From Eledone cirrhosa (lineage: Eukaryota): a stretch of DNA of 64,000 nucleotides. A model generated the notes under the pieces. The model worked only from the letters and a program-made list of their open reading frames with translations. It was not told where the DNA came from and did not search any database. Every line of letters starts with the position of its first letter. Within the stretch, counting starts at the first letter, position 1. The stretch lies in contig OZ024740.1 of NCBI GenBank assembly GCA_964016885.1, forward strand, positions 439,456,001 through 439,520,000, read 5' to 3'. A program made the translations under genes and the position numbers. Positions 14,286 through 32,200 of the stretch are shown here, piece by piece.

Positions 14286-14313
14286 CCCGAGCAACGCCGG
14301 GCTTTACTGCTAG
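14286..14313 (+). other. Helitron 3' terminal signal (hairpin plus CTAG), copy 2
   Basis: CCCGAGCAACGCCGGG, then CTTTACTG, then CTAG. Confidence 0.88.
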
Positions 14314-15189
14314 TAGATGATATAGGCAACAGATGATATAGACAACAGATGATATAGACAATAGATGATATAGACTACAGATGATATAACAACAGATGAT
14401 ATAGACAACACATGATATAGACAATAGATTATATAGACAACAGATGATATAGACAACAGTTGATATATACAACAGATGATATAGACAACAGATGATATAG
14501 ACAACAGATGATATAGACAACAGATGATGTAGACAACAGATTGATATAGACAACACATGATATAGACAACACAGGATATAGATAATAGATGATATAGACA
14601 ACAGATGATATAGACAACAGATGATATGGACAACAAATGAATAGACAACAAATGATATAGACAATAGATGATATAGACAACAGATGATAGAGACAACAGA
14701 TGATACAAGCAACATATGATATAGACAACATATGAAATAGACAACAGATGATATAGTCAACACCTGATATAGACAACAGATCATATATACAATACATGAT
14801 ATAGACAAAAGATGATATAGACAACAGATGATAGAGACAACAGATGATACAAGCAACATATGGTATAGACAACAGATGAAATAGACAACAGATGATATAG
14901 TCAACACCTGATATAGACAACAGATCATATATACAATACATGATATAGACAAAAGATGATATAGACAACATATGATATAGACATCACCTGATATAGACAA
15001 CAGATAATATAGACTACATATGGTATAGACAAAAGATGATATTGACAACAGATGATATAGATAACACATGATATAGACAACACATGATATAGACAACACA
15101 TGATATAGATAATAGATGAGATAGAGATCAGATGATATAGACAACAGATGAATAGACAACAAATGATATAGACAACAGATGATATAGAC

Positions 15190-18100
15190 AACAGATGATA
15201 TAGACAACAGATGATATAGACATCACCTGATATAGACAATACCTGATATAGACAACATATGATATAGACTACATATGATATAGACAACAGATGATATAGA
15301 CAACATATAATATAGACAATAGATTATATAGACAACAGATGATATAGACAATAGTTGATATATACAACAGATGATATAGACAACAGTTGATATAGGCAAC
15401 AGATGATATAGATAAGAGATGATATAGACAACGAATGATATAGACAACACCTGATATAGACAACACAGGATATAGATTATAGATGATATAGACAACAGAT
15501 GATATAACAACAGATGATATAGACAACAAATGAATAGACAACAAATGATATGGACAACAGATGATATAGACAACAGATGATAGAGACAACAGATGATATA
15601 GATTACAGATGATATAACAACAGATGATATAGACAACACATGACATAGACAATAGATTATATAGACAAAAGCTGATATAGACAACAGATGATATAGACAA
15701 CAGATGATATAGACAACAGATGATATAGTCAACACCTGATATAGACAACACAGGATATAGATAATACATGATATAGATAACAGATGATATAGACAACAGA
15801 TGATATAGACAACAAATGAATAGACAACAAATGATATAGACAACACATGATATAGATAATAGATGATATAGACATCAGATGATATAGACAACAGATGAAT
15901 AGACAAAAAATGATATAGACAACAGATGATATAGACAACAGATGATATAGACATCACCTGATATAGACAATACCTGATATAGACAACATATGATATAGAC
16001 TACATATGATATAGACAACAGATGATATAGACAACATATGATATAGACAACACATGATATAAATAATAGATGATATAGAAAACAGATGATATAGACAACA
16101 GATGATATAGACAATAGATGATATAGTCTACAGATGATATAACAACAGATGATATAGACAACACATGATATAGACAATAGATTATATAGACAACAGATGA
16201 TATAGGCAACAGATGATATAGACAACAGATGATGTAGACAACAGATGATATAGACAACACCTGATATAGACAACACAGGATATCGATAATAGATGATATA
16301 GACAACAGATGATATAGACAACAGATGATATAGACAACAAATGAATAGACAACAAATGATATAGACAACAGATGATATAGACAACACCTGATATAGACAA
16401 CAGATCATATATACAATACATGATATAGACAAAAGATGATATAGACAACAGATGATATAGACATCACCTGATATTGACAATACCTGATATAGACAACAGA
16501 TGATATAGACAACACATGATATAGACAACACATGATATAGACAACACATGATATAGATAATAGATGATATAGACATCAGATGATATAGACAACAGATGAA
16601 TAGAGAACAAATGATATAGACAACAGATGATATAGACTACATATGATATAGACAACAGATGATATAGACAACAGATGATATAGACAACAGATGATATAGA
16701 CAAAAGATGATATAGAAAATAGATTATATAGACAACATATGATATAGACAAAAGTTGATATATACAACAGATGATATAAGAACAGATGATATAGACAACA
16801 TATAATATAGACAATAGATTATATAGACAACAGATGATATAGACAATAGTTGATATATACAACAGATGATATAGACAACAGATGATATAGGCAACAGATG
16901 ATATAGACAAGAGATGATATAGACAACAAATGATATAGACAACACCTGATATAGACAACACAGGATATAGATTATAGATGATATAGACAACAGATGATAT
17001 AGACAACAGATGATATAGACAACAAATGAATAGACAACAAATGATATAGACAACAGATGATATAGACAACAGATGATAGAGACAAAAGATGATATAGACT
17101 ACAGATGATATAACAACAGATGATATAGACAACACATGACATAGACAACAGATGATATAGACAAAAGATGATATAGAAAATAGATTATATAGGCAACATA
17201 TGATATAGACAAAAGTTGATATAGACAACAGATGATATAGACAACAGATGATATAGACAACAAATGAATAGACAACAAATGATATAGACAACAGATGATA
17301 TAGACAACAGATGATGTAGACAACAGATGATATAGACAACACCTGATATAGACAACACAGGATATAGATAATACATGATATAGACAACAGATGATATAGA
17401 CAACAGATGATATAGACAACACATGATATAGATAATAGATGATATAGACATCAGATGATATAGACAACAGATGAATAGACAAAAAATGATATAGACAACA
17501 GATGAAATAGACAACAGATGATATAGACATCACTTGATATAGACAATACCTGATATAGACAACAGATGATATAGACTACATATGATATAGACAACAGAAT
17601 ATAGACAACAGATGATATAGACAACAGATGATATAGTCAATAGATGATATAGACTACAGATGATATAACAACAGATGATAAAGACTACATATGGTATAGA
17701 CAAAATATGATATAGACAACAGATGATATAGATAACACATGATATAGACAACACATGATATAGACAACACATGATATAGATAATAGATGATATAGTCATC
17801 AGATGATATAGACAACAGATGAATAGACAACAAATGATATAGACAACAGATGATATAGACAACAGATGATATAGACATCACCTGATATAGACAATACCTG
17901 ATATAGACAACATATGATATAAACTACATATGATATAGACAACAGATGATATAGACAACATATGATATAGACAACACATGATATAGATAATAGATGATAT
18001 AGAAAACAGATGATATACACAACAGATGATATAGACAATAGATGATATAGTCTACAGATGATATAGGCAACAGATGATATAGACAACAAATGATGTAGAC

Positions 18101-21100
18101 AACAGATGATATAGACAACACCTGATATAAACAACACATGATATCGATAATAGATGATATAGACAACAGATAATGTAGACAACAGATGATATAGACAACA
18201 AATGAATAGACAACAAATGATATAGACAACAGATGATATAGACAACAGATGATAGAGACAACAGATGATACAGGCAACATATGATATAGACAACAGATGA
18301 AATAGACAATAGATGATATAGACTACAGATGATATAACAACAGATAATATAGACAACACATGATATATTCAATAGATTATATAGACAACAGATGATATAG
18401 ACAACAGATGATATAGACTACATATGATATAGACAACAAATGATATAGACAACACCTGATATAGACAACACATGATATAGATAATAGATGATATAGGCAA
18501 CAGATGATATAGACAACAGATGATGTAGACAACAGATGATATAGACAACACCTGAAATAAACAACACAGGATATCGATAAAAGATGATATAGACAACAGA
18601 TGATATAGACAACAGATGATATAGACAACAAATGAATAGACAACAATTGATATAGACAACAGATGATAAAGACAACAGATGATAGAGACTACAGATGATA
18701 CAGGCAACATATGATATAGACAACAGATGAAATAGACAACAGATGAAATAGACAACACCTGATATAGACAACAGATCATATATACAATACATGATATAGA
18801 CAAACGATGATATAGACAACAGATGATATAGGCATCACCTGATATAGACAATACCTGATATAGACAACAGATGATATAGACAACATATGATATAGAAAAC
18901 AGATGATAAAGACAACAGATGATATAGACAAAAGATGATATAGACTACAGATGATATAACAACAGATGATATAGACAACACATGATATAGACAATAGATT
19001 ATATAGACAACATATGATATAGACAACAAATGATATAGACAACACCTGATATAGACAACACATGATATAGATAATAGATGATATAGGCAACAGATGATAT
19101 AGACAACAGATGATATAGACATCATCTGATATAGACAATACCTGATATAGACAACATATGATATAGACTACATATGATATAGACAACAGATGATATAGAC
19201 AACATATAATATAGACAATAGATTATATAGACAACAGATGATATAGACAATAGTTGATATATACAACAGATGATATAGACAACAGTTGATATAGGCAACA
19301 GATGATATAGATAAGAGATGATATAGACAACGAATGATATAGACAACACCTGATATAGACAACACAGGATATAGATTATAGATGATATAGACAACAGATG
19401 ATATAACAACAGATGATATAGACAACAAATGAATAGACAACAAATGATATAGACAAAAGATGATATAGACAACAGATGATAGAGACAACAGATGATATAG
19501 ATTACAGATGATATAACAACAGATGATATAGACAACACATGACATAGACAATAGATTATATAGACAAAAGCTGATATAGACAACAGATGATATAGACAAG
19601 AGATGATATAGACAACAGATGATATAGACAACACCTGATATAGACAACACAGGATATAGATAATACATGATATAGACAACAGATGATATAGACAACAGAT
19701 GATATAGACAACAAATGAATAGACAACAAATGATATAGACAACACATGATATAGATAATAGATGATATAGACATCAGATGATATAGACAACAGATGAATA
19801 GACAAAAAATGATATAGACAACAGATGATATAGACAACAGATGATATATACATCACCTGATATAGACAATACCTGATATAGACAACATATGATATAGACT
19901 ACATATGATATAGACAACAGATGATATAGACAACATATGATATAGACAACACATGATATAAATAATAGATGATATAGAAAACAGATGATATAGACAACAG
20001 ATGATATAGACAATAGATGATATAGTCTACAGATGATATAACAACAGATGATATAGACAACACATGATATAGACAATAGATTATATAGACAACTGATGAT
20101 ATAGGCAACAGATGATATAGACAACAGATGATGTAGACAACAGATGATATAGACAACACCTGATATAGACAACACAGGATATCGATAATAGATGATATAG
20201 ACAACAGATGATATAGACAACAGATGATATAGACAACAAATGAATAGACAACAAATGATATAGACAACAGATGATATAGACAACACCTGATATAGACAAC
20301 AGATCATATATACAATACATGATATAGACAAAAGATGATATAGACAACAGATGATATAGACATCACCTGATATTGACAATACCTGATATAGACAACAGAT
20401 GATATAGACAACACATGATATAGACAACACATGATATAGACAACACATGATATAGATAATAGATGATATAGACATCAGATGATATAGACAACAGATGAAT
20501 AGAGAACAAATGATATAGACAACAGATGATATAGACTACATATGATATAGACAACAGATGATATAGACAACAGATGATATAGACAACAGATGATATAGAC
20601 AAAAGATGATATAGAAAATAGATTATATAGACAACATATGATATAGACAAAAGTTGATATATACAACAGATGATATAAGAACAGATGATATAGACAACAT
20701 ATAATATAGACAATAGATTATATAGACAACAGATGATATAGACAATAGTTGATATATACAACAGATGATATAGACAACAGATGATATAGGCAACAGATGA
20801 TATAGACAAGAGATGATATAGACAACAAATGATATAGACAACACCTGATATAGACAACACAGGATATAGATTATAGATGATATAGACAACAGATGATATA
20901 GACAACAGATGATATAGACAACAAATGAATAGACAACAAATGATATAGACAACAGATGATATAGACAACAGATGATAGAGACAAAAGATGATATAGACTA
21001 CAGATGATATAACAACAGATGATATAGACAACACATGACATAGACAACAGATGATATAGACAAAAGATGATATAGAAAATAGATTATATAGGCAACATAT

Positions 21101-22941
21101 GATATAGACAAAAGTTGATATATACAACAGATGATATAACAACAGATGATATAGACAACATATAATATAGACAATAGATTATATAGACTACAGATGATAT
21201 AGACAACAGTTGATATATACAAAAGCTGATATAGACAACAGATGATATAGACAACAGATGATATAGACAACAGATGATGTAGACAACAGATGATATAGAC
21301 AACACCTGATATAGACAACACAGGATATAGATAATACATGATATAGACAACAGATGATATAGACAACAGATGATATAGACAACACATGATATAGATAATA
21401 GTTGATATAGACATCAGATGATATAGACAACAGATGAATAGACAAAAAATGATATAGACAACAGATGAAATAGACAACAGATGATATAGACATCACTTGA
21501 TATAGACAATACCTGATATAGACAACAGATGATATAGACTACATATGATATAGACAACAGAATATAGACAACAGATGATATAGACAACAGATGATATAGT
21601 CAATAGATGATATAGACTACAGATGATATAACAACAGATGATAAAGACTACATATGGTATAGACAAAATATGATATAGACAACAGATGATATAGATAACA
21701 CATGATATAGACAACACATGATATAGACAACACATGATATAGATAATAGATGATATAGACATCAGATGATATAGACAACAGATGAATAGACAACAAATGA
21801 TATAGACAACAGATGATATAGACAACAGATGATATAGACATCACCTGATATAGACAATACCTGATATAGACAACATATGATATAGACTACATATGATATA
21901 GACAACAGATGATATAGACAACATATGATATAGACAATACATGATATAGATAATAGATGATATAGAAAACAGATGATATACACAACAGATGATATAGACA
22001 ATCGATGATATAGTCTACAGATGATATAGGCAACAGATGATATAGACAACAAATGATGTAGACAACAGATGATATAGACAACACCTGATATAAACAACAG
22101 ATGATAGAGACAACAGATGATACAGGCAACATATGATATAGACAACAGATGAAATAGACAATAGATGATATAGACTACAGATGATATAACAACAGATAAT
22201 ATAGACAACACATGATATATTCAATAGATTATATAGACAACAGATGATATAGACAACAGATGATATAGACTACATATGATATAGACAACAAATGATATAG
22301 ACAACACCTGATATAGACAATACATGATATAGATAATAGATGATATAGGCAACAGATGATATAGACAACAGATGATGTAGACAACAGATGATATAGACAA
22401 CACCTGAAATAAACAACACAGGATATCGATAAAAGATGATATAGACAACAGATGATATAGACAACAGATGATATAGACAACAAATGAATAGACAACAATT
22501 GATATAGACAACAGATGATATAGACAACAGATGATAGAGACTACAGATGATACAGGCAACATATGATATAGACAACAGATGAAATAGACAACAGATGAAA
22601 TAGACAACACCTGATATAGACAACAGATCATATATACAATACATGTTATAGACAAACGATGATATAGACAACAGATGATATAGGCATCACCTGATATAGA
22701 CAACAGATGATATAGACAACATATGATATAGAAAACAGATGATAAAGACAACAGATGATATAGACAAAAGATGATATAGACTACAGATGATATAACAACA
22801 GATGATATAGACAATAGATTATATAGACAACATATGATATAGACAACAAATGATATAGACAACACCTGATATAGACAACACATGATATAGATAATAGATG
22901 ATATAGGCAACAGATGATATAGACAACAGATGATATAGACA
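15190..22941 (+). repeat. Tandem duplication with a unit of about 3.9 kb (satellite only), 2 copies
   Basis: Matching variant patterns at offsets 3,899 (15223/19122, 15875/19774, 16464/20363), 3,963 (17530/21493) and 3,852 (18369/22221). The rare TATTCAATAG marker occurs at about 18365 and 22217. Confidence 0.8.
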
Positions 22942-25900
22942 ATAGATGATATAGACTACAGATGATATAGCAAAAGTTGATATATACAACACAAATTATA
23001 GACAATAGATTATATAGACAACAGATGATATAGACAACAGTTGATATATACAACAGATGATATAGACAACAGATGATATAGGCAACATATGATATAGACA
23101 ACAGATGTTATAGACAACAGATGATATAGACTACAGATGATATAGACAATACCCGATATAGACAACAGATGATATAGACAACAGATGATATAGACAATAG
23201 ATGATATAGACTACAGATGATATAACAACAGATGATATAGACAACACATGATATAGACAATAGATGATATAGACAGCAACTCATATAAACAACAGATGAT
23301 ATAGACAACAGATAATTTAGACAAAAGATGATATAGACGTCACCTGATATAGACAATACCTGATATAGACAACAGATGATATAGACTACATATGATATAG
23401 ACAACAGATGATATATACAACAGATGATATAGGCAACACATGATATAGATAAGAGATGATATAGGCAACAGATGATATAGACAACAGATGATATAGACTA
23501 CAGATGATATAACAACAGATGATATAGACAACACACGATATAGACAATGATTATATAGACAACAGAATATATAGACAACACTTGATATATACAACAGATG
23601 ATATAGACAACATATGATATAGACAACAGATGATATAGACTACAGATGATATAGACAACAAATGATATAGACAACACCTGATATAGACAACACATGATAT
23701 AGATAATAGATGATATAGGCAACAGATGATATAGACAACAGATGATGTAGACAACAAATGAATAGACAACAAATAATATAGACAACAGATGATATAGACA
23801 ACAGATGATAGAGACAACAGATGATACATGCAACATATGATATAGGCCACTGATGAAATAGACAACACATGATATAGAAAACACCTGATATAGACAACAG
23901 ATCATATATACAATACATGATATAGACAAAAGATGATATAGACAACATATGATATAGACATCACCTGATATAGACAATACCTGATATATACAACAGATGA
24001 TATACACAACACATGATATAGACAACAGATGATATAGACTACATATGGTATAGACAAAAGATGATACAGACAACGGATGATATAGATAACACATGATATA
24101 GACAACACATGATATAGACAACACATGATATAGATAATAGATGATATAGACAACAGATGATATAGACAGCACCTGATATAGACAATACCTGATATAGACA
24201 ACAGATGATATAGACAAAAGATGATATAGACAACAGATGATATAGACAACACATGATATAGACAATAGATTACATAGACAACATATGATATAGACAAAAG
24301 TTGATATATACAACAGATGATATAGACAACAGATGATATAGACAACAAATGATATAGACAACAGATCATATATACAATACATGTTATAGACAAACGATGA
24401 TATAGACAACAGATGATATAGGCATCACCTGATATAGACAACAGATGATATAGACAACATATGATATAGAAAACAGATGATAAAGACAACAGATGATATA
24501 GACAAAAGATGATATAGACTACAGATGATATAACAACAGATGATATAGACAACACATGATATAGACAATAGATTATATAGACAACATATGATATAGACAA
24601 CAAATGATATAGACAACACCTGATATAGACAACACATGATATAGATAATAGATGATATAGGCAACAGATGATATAGACAACAGATGATATAGACAATAGA
24701 TGATATAGACTACAGATGATATAGCAAAAGTTGATATATACAACACAAATTATAGACAATAGATTATATAGACAACAGATGATATAGACAACAGTTGATA
24801 TATACAACAGATGATATAGACAACAGATGATATAGGCAACATATGATATAGACAACAGATGTTATAGACAACAGATGATATAGACTACAGATGATATAGA
24901 CAATACCCGATATAGACAACAGATGATATAGACAACAGATGATATAGACAATAGATGATATAGACTACAGATGATATAACAACAGATGATATAGACAACA
25001 CATGATATAGACAATAGATGATATAGACAGCAACTCATATAAACAACAGATGATATAGACAACAGATAATTTAGACAACAGATGATATAGACGTCACCTG
25101 ATATAGACAATACCTGATATAGACAACAGATGATATAGACAACACATGATATAGACAACATATGATATAGACTACATATGATATAGACAACAGATGATAT
25201 ATGCAACAGATGATATAGGCAACACATGATATAGATAATAGATGATATAGGCAACAGATGATATAGACAACAGATGATATAGACTACAGATGATATAACA
25301 ACAGATGATATAGACAACACACGATATAGACAATGATTATATAGACAACAGAATATATAGACAACACTTGATATATACAACAGATGATATAGACAACATA
25401 TGATATAGACAACAGATGATATAGACTACAGATGATATAGACAACAAATGATATAGACAACACCTGATATAGACAACACATGATATAGATAATAGATGAT
25501 ATAGGCAACAGATGATATAGACAACAGATGATGTAGACAACAAATGAATAGACAACAAATAATATAGACAACAGATGATATAGACAACAGATGATAGAGA
25601 CAACAGATGATACATGCAACATATGATATAGGCCACTGATCAAATAGACAACACATGATATAGAAAACACCTGATATAGACAACAGATCATATATACAAT
25701 ACATGATATAGACAAAAGATGATATAGACAACATATGATATAGACATCACCTGATATAGACAATACTTGATATATACAACAGATGATATACACAACACAT
25801 GATATAGACAACAGATGATATAGACTACATATGGTATAGACAAAAGATGATACAGACAACGGATGATATAGATAACACATGATATAGACAACACATGATA

Positions 25901-26149
25901 TAGACAACACATGATATAGATAATAGATGATATAGACAACAGATGATATAGACAGCACCTGATATAGACAATACCTGATATAGACAACAGATGATATAGA
26001 CAAAAGATGATATAGACAACAGATGATATAGACAACACATGATATAGACAATAGATTACATAGACAACATATGATATAGACAAAAGTTGATATATACAAC
26101 AGATGATATAGACAACAGATGATATAGACAACAAATGATATAGACAACA
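22612..26149 (+). repeat. Tandem duplication with a unit of about 1.74-1.79 kb, 2 copies
   Basis: Rare markers GACAGCAACTCAT (about 23272 and 25026) and GGCCACTGAT (about 23845 and 25631). ORF offsets are 1,754 (23108/24862) and 1,786 (23498/25284). Confidence 0.82.
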
Positions 26150-29100
26150 CCTGATATAGACAACACATGATATAGATAATAGATGATATAGGCAACAGCT
26201 GATATAGACAACAGATGATATAGACAATAGATGATATAGACTACAGATGATATAACAAAAGATGATATAGACAACACATGATATAGACGATAGATTATAT
26301 AGACAACAGATGATATAGACAAGAGTTGATATATACAACAGATGATATAGACAACAGATGATATAGGCAACAGATGATATAGACAACAGATGATGTAGAC
26401 AACAGATGGTATAGACAACACCTGATATAGACAACACAGGATATAGATAATAGATGATATAGACAAAAGATGATATAGACAACAGATGATATAGACAACA
26501 AATGAATAGACAACAAATGATATAGACAACAGATGATATAGACAACAGATGAGAGAGACAACAGATGATACAGGCAACATATTATATAGACAACAGATGA
26601 AATAGACAACAGATGATATAGACAACACCTGATATAGACAACAGATCATATATACAATACATGATATAGACAAATGATAATATAGACAACAGATGATATA
26701 GACATCACCTGATATAGACAATACCTGATATAGACAACAGATGATATAGACAACACATGATATAGACAACAGATGATATAGACTACATATGGTATAGACA
26801 AAAGATGATATAGACAACAGATGATATAGATAACACATGATATAGACAACAGATGAAATAGACAACAGATGATATAGGCATCACTTGATATAGACAATAC
26901 CTGATATAAACAACAGATGATATAAACTACATATGATATAGACAAGAGATGATATAGACAACAGATGATATAGACAACAGATGATATAGACAACAGATGA
27001 TATAGACAACAGATGATATAGACTACATATGATATAGACAACAAATGATATAGACAACACCTGATATAGACAACACATGATATAGATAATAGATGATATA
27101 GGCAACAGATGATATAGACAACAGATGATATAGACAATAGATGATATAGACTACAGATGATATAACAACAGATGATAGAGACAACACATACTATAGACAA
27201 TAGATTATATAGACAACAGATGATATAGACAACAGTTGATACATACAACAGATGATATATACAACAGATGATATAGACAACAAATGATATAGACAACACC
27301 TGATATAGACAACACATGATATAGATAATAGATGATATAGCCAACAGATGATATAGACAACAGATGATGTAGACAACAGATGATATAGACAACACCTGAT
27401 ATAGACAACACAGGATATAGATAATAGAATGATTAAACAACAGATGATATAGACAACAAATGAATAGGCAACAAATGATATAGACGACAGATGATATAGA
27501 CAACAGATGATAGAGACAACAGATGATACAGGCAACATATGATATAGACAACAGATGAAATAGACAACGGATGATATAGACAACACCTGATATAGACAAC
27601 AGATCATATACACAATACATGATATAGACAAAAGATGGTATAGACAACAGATGATATAGACATCACCTGATATAGACAATACCTGATATAGACAACAGAT
27701 GATATAGACAACACATGATATAGACAACAGATGATATAGACTACATATGGTATAGACAAAAGACGATATAGACAACAGATGATAGAGATAACACATGATA
27801 TAGACAACACATGATATAGACAACACATGATATAGATAATAGATGATATAGACAACAGATGATATAGACAACAGATTAATAGACAACAAATGATATAGAC
27901 AACAGATGATATAGACAACAGATGATATAGACATCACCTGATATAGACAATACCTGATATAGAAAACAGATGATATAGACTACATATGATATAGACAACA
28001 GATGATATAGACAACAGATGATATAGACAACACATGATATAGATAATAGATGATATTGGCAACAGATGATATAGACAACAGATGATATAGACAATAGATG
28101 ATATAGGATACAGATGATATAACAACAGATGATATAGACAACACATGATATAGGCAATAGATGATATAGACAACAGTTGATGTAGACAACAGATAATTTA
28201 GACAGCAGATGATATAGACGTCACCTGATATAGACAATACCTGATATAGACAACAGATGATATAGACAACACATGATATAGACAACATATGATATAGACT
28301 ACATATGAAATAGACAACAGATGATATATACAACAGATGATATATGCAACACATGATACAGATAATAGATGATATAGGCAACAGATGATATTGACAACAG
28401 ATGATATAGACAATAGATGATATAGACTACAGATGATATAACAACGGGTGATATAGACAACACATGATATCGACAATGATTATATAGACAACAGATGATA
28501 TAGACAACAGTTGATATATACAACAGATGATATAGACAACAGATGATATAGACAACAGATGATATAGACTACAGATGATATAGACAGCAAATGATATAGA
28601 CAAAACCTGATATAGACAACACATGATATAGATAATAGATGATATAGGCAACAGATGATATAGACAACAGATGATGTAGACAACAATTGATATAGACAAC
28701 ACCTGATATAGACAACACAGGATATAAATAAGAGATGATATAGACAACAGATGATATAGACAACAGATGATATCGACAATAAATGAATAGACAAGAAATG
28801 ATATAGACAACATATGATATAGACAACAGATGATAGAGACAACAGATGATACAGGCAACATATGATATAGACAACAGATGAAATAGACAACAGATGATAT
28901 AGACAACACCTGATATAGACAACAGATCATATATACAACACATGATATAGACAAAATATGATATAGACAACAGATGATATAAACATCACCTGATATAGAC
29001 AATACCTGATATAGACAACAGATGGTATAGACTGACACATGATATAGAAAACAGATGATATAGACTAAACATGGTATAGACAAAATATGATATAGACAAC

Positions 29101-29223
29101 AGATGATATAGATAACACATGATATAGACAACACATGATATAGACAACACATGATATAGATAATAGATGATATAGACAACAGATGATTTAGACAACAGAT
29201 GAATAGACAACAAATGATATAGA

Positions 29224-32200
29224 CAACAGATGATATAGACAACAGATGATATAGACATCACCTGATATAGACAATACCTGATATAGACAACAGATGATAT
29301 AGACTACATATTATATGGACAACAGATGATATAGGCAACAGATGATATAGTCAACAGATGATATAGACAATAGATGATATATACTACAGATGATATAACA
29401 ACAGATGATATAGACAACACATGATATAGACAAAAGATGATATAGACAGCAGATGATATAGATAACAAATTATATAGATAACACCTGATATAGACAGCAC
29501 ATGATATAGACAACAGTTGATATAGGCAACAGATGATATAGACAAAACATGATATAGACAACACAGGATATAGATAATAGATGATATAGACAACAGATGA
29601 TATAGACAAAAGATGATATAGACAACAAATGAATAGACAAAAAATGATATAGAGAACAGATGATATAGACAACAGATGATAGAGACAACAGTTGATACAG
29701 GCAACATATGATATAGACAACAGATGAAATATACAACGGAAAATATAGACAACACCTGATATAGACAACAGATCATATAGACAACACAGGATATAGACAA
29801 AAGATGATATAGACATCACCTGATATAGACAATACCTGATATAGACAACAGATGATATAGACAACACATGATATAGACAACAGATGATATAGACTACATA
29901 TGACATAGACAACAGATGATATAGACAACAGATGATATAGACAACAGATAATATAGACAACAGATGATATAAACAACACATGACATAGATAATAGATGAT
30001 ATAGACAACAGAATATATAGACACCAGATTATATAGACAACAGATGAGTAGACAACAAATGATATAGACATCACCTGATATAGACAATACCTGATATAGA
30101 CAACATATGATATAGACTACATATGATATAGACAACAGATGATATAGACAACATATGATATAGACAACACATGATATAGATAATAGATGATATAGAAAAC
30201 AGATGATATACACAACAGATGATATAGACAATAGATGATATAGTCTACAGATGATATAGGCAACAGATGATATAGACAACAAATGATGTAGACAACAGAT
30301 GATATAGACAACACCTGATATAAACAACACATGATATCGATAATAGATGATATAGAAAACAGATAATGTAGACAACAGATGATATAGACAACAAATGAAT
30401 AGACAACAAATGATATAGACAACAGATGATATAGACAACAGATGATAGAGACAACAGATGATACAGGCAACATATGATATAGACAACAGATGAAATAGAC
30501 AACAGATGATATAGACAACACCTGATATAGACAACAGAATATATATACAATACATGATATAGACAAAAGATGATATAGACAACAGATGATATAGACATCA
30601 CCTGATATTGACAATAACTGATATAGACAACAGATGATATAGACAACACATGATATAGACAACAGATGATATAGACTACATATGGTATTGACAAAAGATG
30701 ATATAGACAACATATGATATAGATAACACATGATATAGACAACACATGATAGAGACAACACATGATATAGATAATAGATGATATAGACATCAGATGATAT
30801 AGACAACAGATGAATAGATAACAAATGATATAGACAACAGATGATATAGACTACATATGATATAGACAACAGATGATATAGACAACAGATGATATAGACA
30901 ACAGATGATATAGACAAAAGATGATATAGACTACAGATGATATAACCAGAGATGATATAGACAACACATGATATAGACAATAGATTATATAGACAACATA
31001 TGATATAGACAAAAGTTGATATATACAACAGATGATATAGACAACAGTTGATATATACAACAGATGATATAACAACAGATGATATAGACAATATATAATA
31101 TAGACAACAGATGATATAGACAACAGATGATATAGGCAACAGATGATATAGACAACAGATGATATAGACAACAAATGATATAGACAACATCTGATATAGA
31201 CAACACAGGATATAGATAACAGATGATATAGACAACAGATGATATAGACAACAGATGATATAGACAACAGATGATAGAGACAACAGATGATATAGACTAC
31301 AGATGATATAACAACAAATGAATAGACAACAAATGATATAGACAACAGATGATATAGACAACATCTGATATAGACAACAGATCATATATACAATACATGA
31401 TATAGACAAAAGATGATATAGACAACAGATGATATAGACATCACCTGATATAGACAATACCTGATATGGACAACAGATCATATATACAACACATGATATA
31501 GACAAAATATGATATAGACAACAGATGATATAAACATCACCTGATATAGACAATACCTGATATAGACAACAGATGATATAGACTGACACATGATATAGAA
31601 AACAGATGATATAGACTAAACATGGTATAGACAAAATATGATATAGACAACAGATGATATAGATAACACATGATATAGACAACACATGATATAGACAACA
31701 CATGATATAGATAATAGATGATATAGACAACAGATGATTTAGACAACAGATGAATAGACAACAAATGATATAGACAACAGATGATATAGACAACAGATGA
31801 TATATACATCACCTGATATAGACAATACCTGATATAGACAACAGATGATATAGACTACATATTATATGGACAACAGATGATATAGGCAACAGATGATATA
31901 GTCAACAGATGATATAGACAATAGATGATATATACTACAGATGATATAACAACAGATGATATAGACAACACATGATATAGACAAAAGATGATATAGACAA
32001 CAGATGATATAGATAACAAATTATATAGATAACACCTGATATAGACAGCACATGATATAGACAACAGTTGATATAGGCAACAGATGATATAGACAAAACA
32101 TGATATAGACAACACAGGATATAGATAATAGATGATATAGACAACAGATGATATAGACAAAAGATGATATAGACAACAAATGAATAGACAACAAATGATA

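Larger units (their letters stand above)
13366..14313 (+). mobile_element. Non-autonomous Helitron, 948 bp, copy 2
   Basis: Same termini (TC at 13366, CTAG at 14310-14313), hairpin at 14286-14301, and the same A|T site and flanks. Only two differences from copy 1 were seen by eye: G8966/T13606 and A9551/G14191. Confidence 0.93.
8610..17875 (+). repeat. Tandem duplication with a 4,640-bp unit (Helitron plus about 3.7 kb satellite), 2 copies
   Basis: Constant 4,640 offset of the Helitron ends and of ORF-track patterns (9611/14251, 10583/15223, 11824/16464). The offset drops to 4,593 after a 47-bp indel near 12620-12690 (12937/17530). Identity begins at about 8610/13250, inside a run of consensus monomers. 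Confidence 0.9.

Noticed and set aside
13366-14313. Independent second Helitron insertion (site-specific targeting)
   Set aside because: Kilobases of shared flanking variant pattern at a constant offset show duplication of a single insertion.
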